IMG/VR virus record: IMGVR_UViG_3300045902_000324
Span: 1 to 64,000 of that record
Direction: 5' to 3' (one strand)
Length of the DNA stretch: 64,000 nt
Origin: a virus
A program made the translations under genes and the position numbers. Below the pieces are notes generated by a model that worked only from the letters and a program-made list of their open reading frames with translations, ran no database searches and had not been told where the DNA came from. Of the stretch, positions 55,444 through 64,000 are shown piece by piece. How positions within the stretch are numbered: position 1 is the first letter of the stretch; every line of letters starts with the position of its first letter.

Positions 55444-56368
55444 TCTTCTCCGTAGTTGCCAGCGCCAGTGTGGACGGGTCAGTAATCCACGGCATCCAGC
55501 CGAAGATTCTCACCCAACCCAAACGGTTGATGCTTATGATATATGGGCGTTTCGAGTTCACCGCTTGAGCTGACGGGCTGGCGTGCGTCCAGATCACGGG
55601 ATCTCCTAATCTCAGCAACACGCCATCTTTCCCGACGACCGAATTTGTCCACATCGGGGTCAACTTGCGCTGATCCTCTGTGGGTACAAACGGAGCCTTG
55701 CGCCGCCTGGGTTTGCGCCGCGTAGATTTTTTGAACCCTGCGCCATGTACTGCTAGTTCGGCACCGCTCGGTAGCGTGCCTACCTGTACGCCTGCAACAC
55801 AGTTTTTCTCTACGGTGCCGTAGTAGTAATCAACACCTGAGTCACTCAGGACTACTCGGTTTTCAGGCGTGTAGGCGTCCCTGCCTACCAGAATCCACAC
55901 CGGGGTGTTTCCATCTTTTCTAGCTTTAGTGGTGCGCTCTATCACATGGGTTGTGTCGATTGGCGAGTCCTGGATGATAAACAATGTTCTCGACCCGTTA
56001 GCCAGCTCCAGTAGCACGTTGTTTTTTCTATCCCTGGAGTCAAGTCCTACATTCAGTGATTTCAGTCCTACGAGGTCAGAAAACATCTCCTGTAGACACT
56101 GCTTGAAAAGCAACACAGTGTCATCTGTATCTACACAAAATCGATTGTCGCCTGCGTGCTCAAAATGCGGAATAGCGCATCCATCGCCTGTCTTCCGGTA
56201 ATTCACATTCACCCATGCGTTCGCCTGAGACAGACAGTGTGGGCAGAATAGGGCATTGCTGCGGGCGAGTGACCGCATCTGGGCCCCAACCTTCAGGCTA
56301 GGCACACCTATCGCTACCTTCTTTGAGGGTGTGAACAGGATATGCTCACGAGTTACTGCTACCAGCAT
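55430..56368 (-). CDS. CoiA-like (Zn-ribbon/nuclease-like) protein
   Basis: FCPHC...PHFEH...C; IQDSPI...ERT...WIL. Confidence 0.5.
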   Translation of the reverse strand: MLVAVTREHILFTPSKKVAIGVPSLKVGAQMRSLARSNALFCPHCLSQANAWVNVNYRKTGDGCAIPHFEHAGDNRFCVDTDDTVLLFKQCLQEMFSDLVGLKSLNVGLDSRDRKNNVLLELANGSRTLFIIQDSPIDTTHVIERTTKARKDGNTPVWILVGRDAYTPENRVVLSDSGVDYYYGTVEKNCVAGVQVGTLPSGAELAVHGAGFKKSTRRKPRRRKAPFVPTEDQRKLTPMWTNSVVGKDGVLLRLGDPVIWTHASPSAQAVNSKRPYIISINRLGWVRIFGWMPWITDPSTLALATTEKIDAQ

Positions 56369-59300
56369 ATTTTTTGAGGATCAGAGGTTCGAGTTCTAGG
56401 ACTGGAGCACCCACAATGTCCGGCTGAAAGAGAATCGCGTTGAGTCCATCCTGGAACCCTACGATTACACCTGTCATGCCGACAGATGCGGAGAAACCCG
56501 TTTCAGCAATCTCATCCAGTATTTCTTTGGCTTCGTCTAGGTGCAACGCAGAGATATCAATCGCAGCGCGATCGCCAACGGTGAAACCATAGCCGGACTC
56601 GGATGTTTGGGTGCCCGTTCCTATATCGTCTTCTGTTTGATTCTGTATGTCAATGGTTTCATCGCACAAAGGCGATTCTTCTACGGGCGAAACGTCCTCC
56701 ACAGGTTCGGGCGGTGGTGCATCGGGTGGAGCGGGAACGTCTGTAGCGTTCTGGGCAAAATAGGTCACGATGCCGCGATCATTCTCTTCAATACGCCCGC
56801 GTCCAGACTCCTGAAGCTGTTTCAAGATGCTTAACGTCAAATCACCAACGGATACACCACTCTCCTTGGCCATGCGCTGGAGCGTGGATATCTTGCGGTA
56901 AATTTCCCGCATCGTTACGCCGCCAGCAAAACTCTCTGCGTACTCCTGGATTCGGAACGCCAGCGATGTCGGTTCACCGCTCTCGTCAGCCCGTGCCTGC
57001 ATTAGCAGGTTTTGGCGCAGGTAATACTTGCACAGCAAAATCGATCGCTCTAGCGTGGGAAGCTGGAGCAGCAGGTTGTCCTTAGACGGGTCAGCCGCGC
57101 ACTCCATGCAGTGCAGAACCAAAGCTAAGCGGCAGACGTATGCCTTCAACTTTGCGATGAAATTTCTGATAGCTTGCCTCTTCTCACGGAACCTGAGTTC
57201 GGCAAGGACGTTGTGGAACTGCACCAGCCTTCTATCGCTCTCATCCGTCAGCCGTACATCCTGCTGTGGAAAGGATTCCAGACCGTTGAAAATTCTATTC
57301 AATACCTCGTGTAGTGCATCCTTCTTGTCCTGCCGATTCTCTTTGTAGTCACGGTATGCGACCTCTGATTTTGGCGCAGCAATCAAAAATCGGGCCCGCT
57401 TACCATTGTCATCGTCGGGATCTTCAAATACCTTTTTGGCTACACCGGGCTGAAGCCCACCTGCCATCGACAGACGCGGGTTATGGATGGCGAACGTGCG
57501 ATCTTCGTCCATCCGGTTGACGCTGATCTGATTCGCGTCCCACAGCCCCAGCATGACCTCTACGTCATCCCCGCCGCGAGACTTGTACTGGCCAAGACCT
57601 CGGATAATTCCGGCGAACTCGTCCTTTGCCCACAAGGTGCCCGCGTTCTTTGGTTGCTGGGATAGCCCTTTTAGGACGGATTCAATTTGAGCGATGTCAA
57701 ACTTGTAATTCCTGCGCCTCGGCGCTGTGGGCACATCCCCGTCACCGTCCCCGTCTTCACCTTTCTTACGTTTGCGAGACGTTGCCTGGGCATACTCTTC
57801 ACGCGCTCTTTCATATCTCTCGTCAGCGAGTTTCTGTCTATCCTTAATCGGCTGAAGCATCGCGGATTCTGCGCGGGACTTACCGCCGCCAGACTCCTCA
57901 ATGATCAAAGCCCAGATTACGGCTGGCTCTTTCCAGTGGTTGTTGTCCGTTGCACCTTCCTGCACAATCAGGTTCGTTCTGCCACCGATCATGGATGCCG
58001 CCGATGGCAATAAATACTGAAGCAGCATTACTGGGCTTATGCCCATGCGCTTTGCACGGAAATCCATCGACTCCGCCAAGTCGCTAGGAAGCACGTCCTT
58101 TAACTCAACGTGCTGGTCTGCATACTGATACAGCTTGGCGATCTCCGAGCTGTCCACGAACATATCGCGGTCAACCTCTCGGAGGTCGCATCGCACCCGG
58201 TACATTTGCAAAAGCGTCTGCGGGTTTCTCGCAGAGCGTTCTGCGATATCCAGGACTTCCTTAATCGCCTGTCCCTCATTCAGGTGCCGTTTTACCAGCG
58301 CGTCAATGCACTGGCTAACTTCTTCGAGCGTGTGGATGCGGCGATCGCCCCCGCCATTCCCGTTACCGCCATTTCCGTTATCCCCGCCTCCGCTGCCGTT
58401 GCTCCCACCGCTACCGTTCCCATTGCCGTTTCCTCCGGCTACTGGAGTACCGTTGCGGCTGGGCGGATCATACGGCACTGTGGACGGCGCACTTAGCGAC
58501 GTTCTTATGTCCGCCGGGCACTTTTCCTGAAATAATTCTGGAACGAGGTGTTTCACTTTTTTCCACGCGGCTTCTTCGCCGCCCCCAAAGGTACAGGCAG
58601 GGCTGGCGGAGTTCCACCTAGCCGATTTAGCAATTCTCGTGGCGCGACCTGCGTCCACACCCATCCGCTCTCCAGCCGTCACCGTCAGTACAATCGGGTC
58701 GCCCGTTGTGGGTATCCCGTTCGCGCTACACCAGTTCATCCAAGAAATCCACTCGTTGGCGGCAGCCGTTAGCGTGGCGCTGCGGTCTGACTCTGTATCG
58801 ACCCCATTCAAAATGTCCTTAGACTTCTGACTACCTAGCCGTTCCAGAGCGATCGCATTTGGTGCATCGGACTGTGTGACCACTCCGTCAAACACGGCTG
58901 CTGATTTATTTTCAGAACGCCTAGCGTATAGCCCAATACTATCAAGCGTCGGTACTTCAATCAGAACCCCGAAGTTCTGAACAGTTTCGTACGCTCGTCC
59001 GCTGGGTCCCATAGTCGGGGACATGGCGCAGAAGCGTCCAACGGGCATCGCTTCGCCAATATGCTTGCCACCTGGCTCAAACGCAAAATTTGTGAACGCG
59101 GGCTTTTCTACCACAGCGACATAGACATGCCATCCGCCGCCCTGCGTCCGCTCTAACCACGCGCTTTTCAGGACGGGATACTTCTCAAGCCACTCACCGA
59201 AAACGCGATCGCTTTCTTCCTGACTATCAAAATTCTTTGCGTCCCAGTCAATCGGGACAAAGTGCCTGCCATCCGGCAGAACAAAACCCAGCGTGCCTAC

Positions 59301-59591
59301 ACCATTCTTCGAGTTAGCAAACCAGCGCTGGACTTCTCCTGCGGTAGGCACTTTGTTCTGGTACTTCGTGTGATAAAGCGGCTGCGGCACGCCCTTTGAG
59401 TCCAGCCAGCTTGGATTCTTGCCTGTGTAGCGAGGTAGCGCCTTTCCGTCCAATCCGACGACTACCTTACCATCCTTTTTCAGCGGGTACTTCGTAGCGC
59501 TCTGTACGGGTGCAATTGGGAGAGCAGGTAGTCCAGCCGCCTGTAGCCACCTAACGGTTTCTTTTAACGCGGGTTGTTTTGTCAGAAGCAT
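56346..59591 (-). CDS. Bifunctional primase-polymerase fused to a DUF3987-like helicase domain
   Basis: TGKNPS, IDWD, TQGGGWH; SGGGKS, DEFAG, GGLQP, RARFL. Confidence 0.85.
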   Translation of the reverse strand: MLLTKQPALKETVRWLQAAGLPALPIAPVQSATKYPLKKDGKVVVGLDGKALPRYTGKNPSWLDSKGVPQPLYHTKYQNKVPTAGEVQRWFANSKNGVGTLGFVLPDGRHFVPIDWDAKNFDSQEESDRVFGEWLEKYPVLKSAWLERTQGGGWHVYVAVVEKPAFTNFAFEPGGKHIGEAMPVGRFCAMSPTMGPSGRAYETVQNFGVLIEVPTLDSIGLYARRSENKSAAVFDGVVTQSDAPNAIALERLGSQKSKDILNGVDTESDRSATLTAAANEWISWMNWCSANGIPTTGDPIVLTVTAGERMGVDAGRATRIAKSARWNSASPACTFGGGEEAAWKKVKHLVPELFQEKCPADIRTSLSAPSTVPYDPPSRNGTPVAGGNGNGNGSGGSNGSGGGDNGNGGNGNGGGDRRIHTLEEVSQCIDALVKRHLNEGQAIKEVLDIAERSARNPQTLLQMYRVRCDLREVDRDMFVDSSEIAKLYQYADQHVELKDVLPSDLAESMDFRAKRMGISPVMLLQYLLPSAASMIGGRTNLIVQEGATDNNHWKEPAVIWALIIEESGGGKSRAESAMLQPIKDRQKLADERYERAREEYAQATSRKRKKGEDGDGDGDVPTAPRRRNYKFDIAQIESVLKGLSQQPKNAGTLWAKDEFAGIIRGLGQYKSRGGDDVEVMLGLWDANQISVNRMDEDRTFAIHNPRLSMAGGLQPGVAKKVFEDPDDDNGKRARFLIAAPKSEVAYRDYKENRQDKKDALHEVLNRIFNGLESFPQQDVRLTDESDRRLVQFHNVLAELRFREKRQAIRNFIAKLKAYVCRLALVLHCMECAADPSKDNLLLQLPTLERSILLCKYYLRQNLLMQARADESGEPTSLAFRIQEYAESFAGGVTMREIYRKISTLQRMAKESGVSVGDLTLSILKQLQESGRGRIEENDRGIVTYFAQNATDVPAPPDAPPPEPVEDVSPVEESPLCDETIDIQNQTEDDIGTGTQTSESGYGFTVGDRAAIDISALHLDEAKEILDEIAETGFSASVGMTGVIVGFQDGLNAILFQPDIVGAPVLELEPLILKKYAGSSNS

Positions 59592-59676
59592 GGTATAATT
59601 TAATTATTGATTATTGTTTTTTGAGTCCCGCCCAACCAGGCGGGATTTTTTTGTCCCCCTGGCGGGACACTTTCTA

Positions 59677-60240
59677 CTAGGGTACACTCAACGGAACCTT
59701 CCGGTATGTCTTCACAGGATCACCACACTTCTTTTCCTTCCGCTGTGGAGGAAGCCTGCGGATCACCTCAAAATCTTCTACAACAAAGCGATCGCCTTCC
59801 AACGCGCATGTGAACTGGGTGATTGTTCCAGCGATACTTTGAGGGATCTGTTCGCCTGTCAATGTCAAGCTGAAATACTTCACACCTCCTTTCCGCTGAT
59901 ACAGAATCTTAACGGTGGCGCTAGATCTGCCAACGCGAGTCACCATTCCCTGCACCGTAAACAAGTCTCTCTCGACTGGGGTGTGCCGATCTGGAGTACG
60001 AAGCGTGATCAACATCAGGGATAGCCCGTCTCGCCCCTGCCGTGGATAAGCCTTGAACTGCTGAGACTGTGTGGGAATACCGTCTCTTTCCAGCACTCGC
60101 ACCAGCAGCTTGCCTAATCGGACGGGTCGCTTGTCTAGCAGCCACCCACAGCGTTCGTGTCTGGACAACACCCCGGTTACAAGTCCTGCGGCGCAGAAAA
60201 GCGAATCTCTGTCTTTTTTTGGAATTTCAAAAATCTGCAT
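59677..60240 (-). CDS. Hypothetical protein
   Basis: 187 aa; class I promoter 60271-60299. Confidence 0.65.
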   Translation of the reverse strand: MQIFEIPKKDRDSLFCAAGLVTGVLSRHERCGWLLDKRPVRLGKLLVRVLERDGIPTQSQQFKAYPRQGRDGLSLMLITLRTPDRHTPVERDLFTVQGMVTRVGRSSATVKILYQRKGGVKYFSLTLTGEQIPQSIAGTITQFTCALEGDRFVVEDFEVIRRLPPQRKEKKCGDPVKTYRKVPLSVP

Positions 60241-60304
60241 ACGGATCCGAGATCTGACTGCCTGTTCTGTATCGTAACAAATGACTCAAATATAGTCAAT
60301 TGAA

Positions 60305-63226
60305 TCATTTCAAATTTTTTGAAACCAAGTCGGTGAGGGACATTCCGACAATCTTGTTTAGACCCTTGTTCCCCTGTGGGCAGGTTGGGTCAATTAGGCA
60401 GGATGGGCACCCGAAATTACAGGCGCAGCTATGTGACAAGTCCAGCGATCGCTCACAGAACGTGACCATCTCCTCAAAGATGGATTGAACAGCACCGCTG
60501 CCGCCGGAACTGGTGTCATACAGCCGCACCTTGAAGGCGCTCCATCCGTTCGAGTCATAAAGCGGTGTCTCCGGTTCATCTACTCTTGCTTTTTTGGGTT
60601 GCTCAACCATAGCGTTTAGGTCATAACGGCTGAACAACGTCACCAGTGGCGTCGCAAACTTCATGCCGTGGGCGAACGAATGCAACCCTAAAAACACTGG
60701 GTCAGCGTCCCACAGAGGGTCTGCCCCATCCGCCAAGGCAACGTTGAGATCACCATTGAATATGTCAAGCGCTTTCGCTTTGGCAACCTCAACCTGCCGA
60801 ATGATTTCCGAGCACATGTCCATGTCAAACTCGACCGACAAAACGGGTGCATCGAACCCGCTATGATAGGGCGCTTCAAACGTTTCCATGTTCACTACAG
60901 TCTTTTTCTTGTGAGCTTTCATTTTCATCCGGCATGACGCACACGTATCTCGTTCCGTGCTTTGGTCTTTGTTGTGCAATCCGCAGTTGGAGCGCCCACA
61001 GCGATGCGTCGTGACTTCCTCGACTTCGTTATAGCCGAACGTGGTTCTCACCACTCGCCCCCAGTCAAGGCTGATCCGGATTCTCCCGGTCACATCCTCC
61101 AAAATCTTAGGCTCCATTAAACCTTTCAACGGAGTGACGTTGAGCGAACCCAAAGCTTGAGTTGAGTATTCAGGCTGATCGATTTTCTTCAGCCTGGCCA
61201 CGCGCTTTTTCATATCCAACTCTTCGCTGACGAACCAATCGAGTCCATCATCTGAACCGAGCGAACTGGCTTTGTAAATTGCGCCTGGATACACCTCGCT
61301 GATAGCCAGGGCATCATCCATCTGCTCGATTTCATCACCTGTGGCGGCATCTTTTACCGATACAGTGAACCCCCCCGTGCCGCGCATGTTCACCTCACCG
61401 TGAGGGTTAGTCTCCTTGCTGCTGACCATCCCTTGATCCACCGCCAGCGCTCCGCGAGTCACCATTTTTTCTAGAACAGCACTGCCGATCCAGCCGAACG
61501 TTTCGGACACATGGCTTGCGGGCAGATACCCCTCTCTACCAGCGCAGGACAAGTGGCGTCCCACTGTGATCGGGTAGTCAGGGTTCGACTCGGCAAACTC
61601 CGCAGCGCCGTGCAGCAGCAATTCAGGCTGTTTTGAGTAGTACGAGTCTAGGTAGTCGTTCGCTGAGGGGACGAAGATCACCAACCCCGGTGCCGTTCGC
61701 CCACATCGCCCCATGCGTTGCCGTGTGGACATGATCGAGCCACCATAGCCAGCCAGGATTACAAACCGCAGATCGGGTAGATCGATCCCTGCTTCCAGCG
61801 CAGACGTGCTAATCACACAGCTTTTGTCCTTGGTAGACAGCGCCCTAATGATTTCGGCCCGGTCTTCAGTTTTGAGACTGCCGTAATAACCCATTACCTG
61901 CTGTCCGATATCTCGCCGCCCTTGCTTTGCAGACATTTCCTTGATCTGCGACACAAGAGATTTTGTACGATCTCGGCTGTTCGTGAACACGATGCCGCTC
62001 AGGTTCGCAGCGATCGCAGAAATTGCAGCACTGACAACCGTGGCATTTAGACTTTTCTGGGGCTTAAGTGCGAGGAACACTCGCCCTTTACTGCCTGCGG
62101 TAGACTTCTCCACAGAATGCAACCGACCTGGGCACTTATCCCAGCCCGCCAGCTTACAAGCAAGTTTTTGTGGGTTCCCGACTGTGGCAGACGCCACAAT
62201 CCATTGAACTTTGCGCTCTGCGACCATTGTGGTCGGCAACGCAGATAGATACTCCCGCTCGTCAGCAGGCAACGGTGGCAATGCGTCTTCTAGTGCAAGA
62301 ACGTCAACATTTCCTCGCATCATGCTCACCGTGTTCACAGCGCCACGGATGCGCCGACACAGGTTAATCATGTTTCCGCCGAACACGCCTCGGTACGTAT
62401 GCCCTTCATCAATTACGATAAATTTCAAGTTCAAGAAGAATCGTCGCAATCCCTCCCACGCCTCTCCCTTAGTGACGTTGTTGAGCATCCAGTGGAGCAC
62501 GTCTGGACTCATACAGAGGATGCGGCACGTATCAAGCAGCGCGGGCCGCCTGGCGCTAGGTATATCGCCTGTGATGAGCGCGATGGGAACAGGTGTAGGT
62601 AACCTATTGTTAATCTCCGCCATTTTCGCGGATTGATCATTGGCAAGTGCCTTGATTGGATAGACGAACAGCGCTGTCTTGGTCGGGTCACGCAACAGCG
62701 CATCGAATATACCTGGAAGAAAACAACCTGTCTTTCCCGATGCGGTCGGTGTGAACAATCCCAATCCTTTTCCACAGCGGAGCGCCTCAAAGCTCTCAGC
62801 CTGGTGACGATAAAGCCGTGGAAAGGGCAATGCTCCTGCGACATCTGGATGAAGGTCTTCTGGAATCGGCACGTACTCTGCTGGCTGGGGCTGCTCTACT
62901 TCGACGTAATTAAGATCGCCTGACTCGACAAGTGCCCACGCAATATTCCGAAACGTCACCTCTTGAATTTTCTGAACGATTTCTTGGATACTCCGTTCTG
63001 TTGCGTCGAACCGAGGCTGGGAAATCACACCGTCAGCGATCGCATTTTCCCAATCCAGGACAATACCGTTCTCGAAATACGCAAATCTTCCAACGATTGC
63101 TTGGCAGGTCTGGTTTCTGCCAACAGCGCCAATGAAAGCTGGTTTTTCGGGCGTCAGCCAGTCTGGGGGGTCACCTATCTCAGGTTCAGCCGTTGCTACG
63201 TTGATTAATTCGAGATCTAGATCCAT
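60305..63226 (-). CDS. DEAD/DEAH-box helicase with C-terminal DUF1998 (MrfA-like)
   Basis: TPTASGKT, DEGH, SAT, STSALEAGID, QRMGRCGR, CACNFGCPSC...C; class I promoter 63253-63281. Confidence 0.92.
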   Translation of the reverse strand: MDLDLELINVATAEPEIGDPPDWLTPEKPAFIGAVGRNQTCQAIVGRFAYFENGIVLDWENAIADGVISQPRFDATERSIQEIVQKIQEVTFRNIAWALVESGDLNYVEVEQPQPAEYVPIPEDLHPDVAGALPFPRLYRHQAESFEALRCGKGLGLFTPTASGKTGCFLPGIFDALLRDPTKTALFVYPIKALANDQSAKMAEINNRLPTPVPIALITGDIPSARRPALLDTCRILCMSPDVLHWMLNNVTKGEAWEGLRRFFLNLKFIVIDEGHTYRGVFGGNMINLCRRIRGAVNTVSMMRGNVDVLALEDALPPLPADEREYLSALPTTMVAERKVQWIVASATVGNPQKLACKLAGWDKCPGRLHSVEKSTAGSKGRVFLALKPQKSLNATVVSAAISAIAANLSGIVFTNSRDRTKSLVSQIKEMSAKQGRRDIGQQVMGYYGSLKTEDRAEIIRALSTKDKSCVISTSALEAGIDLPDLRFVILAGYGGSIMSTRQRMGRCGRTAPGLVIFVPSANDYLDSYYSKQPELLLHGAAEFAESNPDYPITVGRHLSCAGREGYLPASHVSETFGWIGSAVLEKMVTRGALAVDQGMVSSKETNPHGEVNMRGTGGFTVSVKDAATGDEIEQMDDALAISEVYPGAIYKASSLGSDDGLDWFVSEELDMKKRVARLKKIDQPEYSTQALGSLNVTPLKGLMEPKILEDVTGRIRISLDWGRVVRTTFGYNEVEEVTTHRCGRSNCGLHNKDQSTERDTCASCRMKMKAHKKKTVVNMETFEAPYHSGFDAPVLSVEFDMDMCSEIIRQVEVAKAKALDIFNGDLNVALADGADPLWDADPVFLGLHSFAHGMKFATPLVTLFSRYDLNAMVEQPKKARVDEPETPLYDSNGWSAFKVRLYDTSSGGSGAVQSIFEEMVTFCERSLDLSHSCACNFGCPSCLIDPTCPQGNKGLNKIVGMSLTDLVSKNLK

Positions 63227-63360
63227 AGCCAGTTCCGATTGGGTTCTCTAATATCGTAACAACTTGCAGTTTTTGTGTCAATATGTTTTAATTTATTGAG
63301 CGGAATCCGCCATTTTATTGATCTTTGTGGTTTATATAAGATATATAACTAGTGTAGTAT

Positions 63361-63996
63361 GTGCTTCTAGGAGTTCCCTTGTTAGAAAACCTTATTAAAA
63401 AGCTGTCCGATCATGTGGGCGGAGAGAGAGCTTTATCAAGATTGTCTGGAATATCGAAGTCCAGTTTGTCCAAGATAGCAACCGGGGAGTCCGATAAGCT
63501 CTCCCCGGAAAACCTGATAAGACTTGCTGAGACTACTCAACACTTGCTGGCAGACGGAAACCCTTTGCGAGATGAGATGGGACGAGATGTAGTCTACAGC
63601 GAGATCGAATTGATAGGGTTGGCATTTGGACTAGCGACGCCTCCCACACCAGTGGACTTATCCCCTGTAGCCGCATTCATTCGTGGAATACTTGCAGCAC
63701 ACGGGTACAATCCCTTTCAAAAATCTACTCTCGGTGCCGGAATTGACTGGTTCTTGGGACATTGTGCATTGTCAAAACTAACACCGGAAGTTAAAGAACA
63801 AAGAACGCAAACAATCCGGCTGTTGATTCGAGGCGATATCCGTATCGAACCGACCGACCCGATCTTGACTACTATCTCCAGAGCGATTAGCAAAATCGAC
63901 GGAGTGCCGTCAATTACCCCACTCATGCTACGGTCGATGCTGACGGACTCGCCCACAGAGGTCGAGCATGTGGACGAGCCTTGCCTAACACATTAA
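63361..63996 (+). CDS. XRE-like HTH regulator (candidate repressor)
   Basis: ERALSRLSGISKSSLSKIATG; divergent from the replication operon. Confidence 0.75.
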   Translation: MLLGVPLLENLIKKLSDHVGGERALSRLSGISKSSLSKIATGESDKLSPENLIRLAETTQHLLADGNPLRDEMGRDVVYSEIELIGLAFGLATPPTPVDLSPVAAFIRGILAAHGYNPFQKSTLGAGIDWFLGHCALSKLTPEVKEQRTQTIRLLIRGDIRIEPTDPILTTISRAISKIDGVPSITPLMLRSMLTDSPTEVEHVDEPCLTH

Positions 63997-64000
63997 GCGC

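Overview
The window is most of a tailed dsDNA phage genome (lambda-like siphovirus tail tip) with a cyanobacterial signature: the HIP1 octamer GCGATCGC is frequent, and the ParB, PolA and primase look cyanobacterial. No integrase or att site is visible, so ParB plus its own primase, PolA and helicase suggest a phage-plasmid or an extrachromosomal temperate phage. Layout: 0-16 kb, mostly minus-strand accessory genes (ParB, PAPS-reductase-like, 2H phosphoesterase, ASCH, kinase, methyltransferase, HNH) interleaved with terS, a DUF4417 locus and terL. 16-41 kb, head and tail genes on the + strand, including a -1 frameshifted tail chaperone, a 1955-aa tape measure protein and a gpM-glycanase-like fusion. 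40.7-48.5 kb, an oppositely oriented tail-tip operon (M-L-K-I-J, EAL, fibre, pilin). Then lysis genes, RadC, an IS200/IS605 element, RuvC, PolA, primase and a DEAD/DUF1998 helicase. Main findings: (1) a phage-encoded c-di-GMP and pilus set, made of an EAL gene coupled to tail gene J, a membrane GGDAF protein with an intact I-site and a type IV pilin; (2) a Hint/BIL domain without a +1 nucleophile inside the N-terminus of tail-tip J; (3) a DUF4417 gene followed by two proteins sharing an MRxQKIRxxxPEKRGG leader; (4) an unannotated 49-aa secreted PatX-like peptide; (5) two homologous ~700-bp imperfect palindromes; (6) two promoter classes readable from the sequence; (7) a PAPS-reductase cassette bounded by a perfect 28-bp direct repeat. 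All family assignments come from motif recognition by eye; no searches were run.
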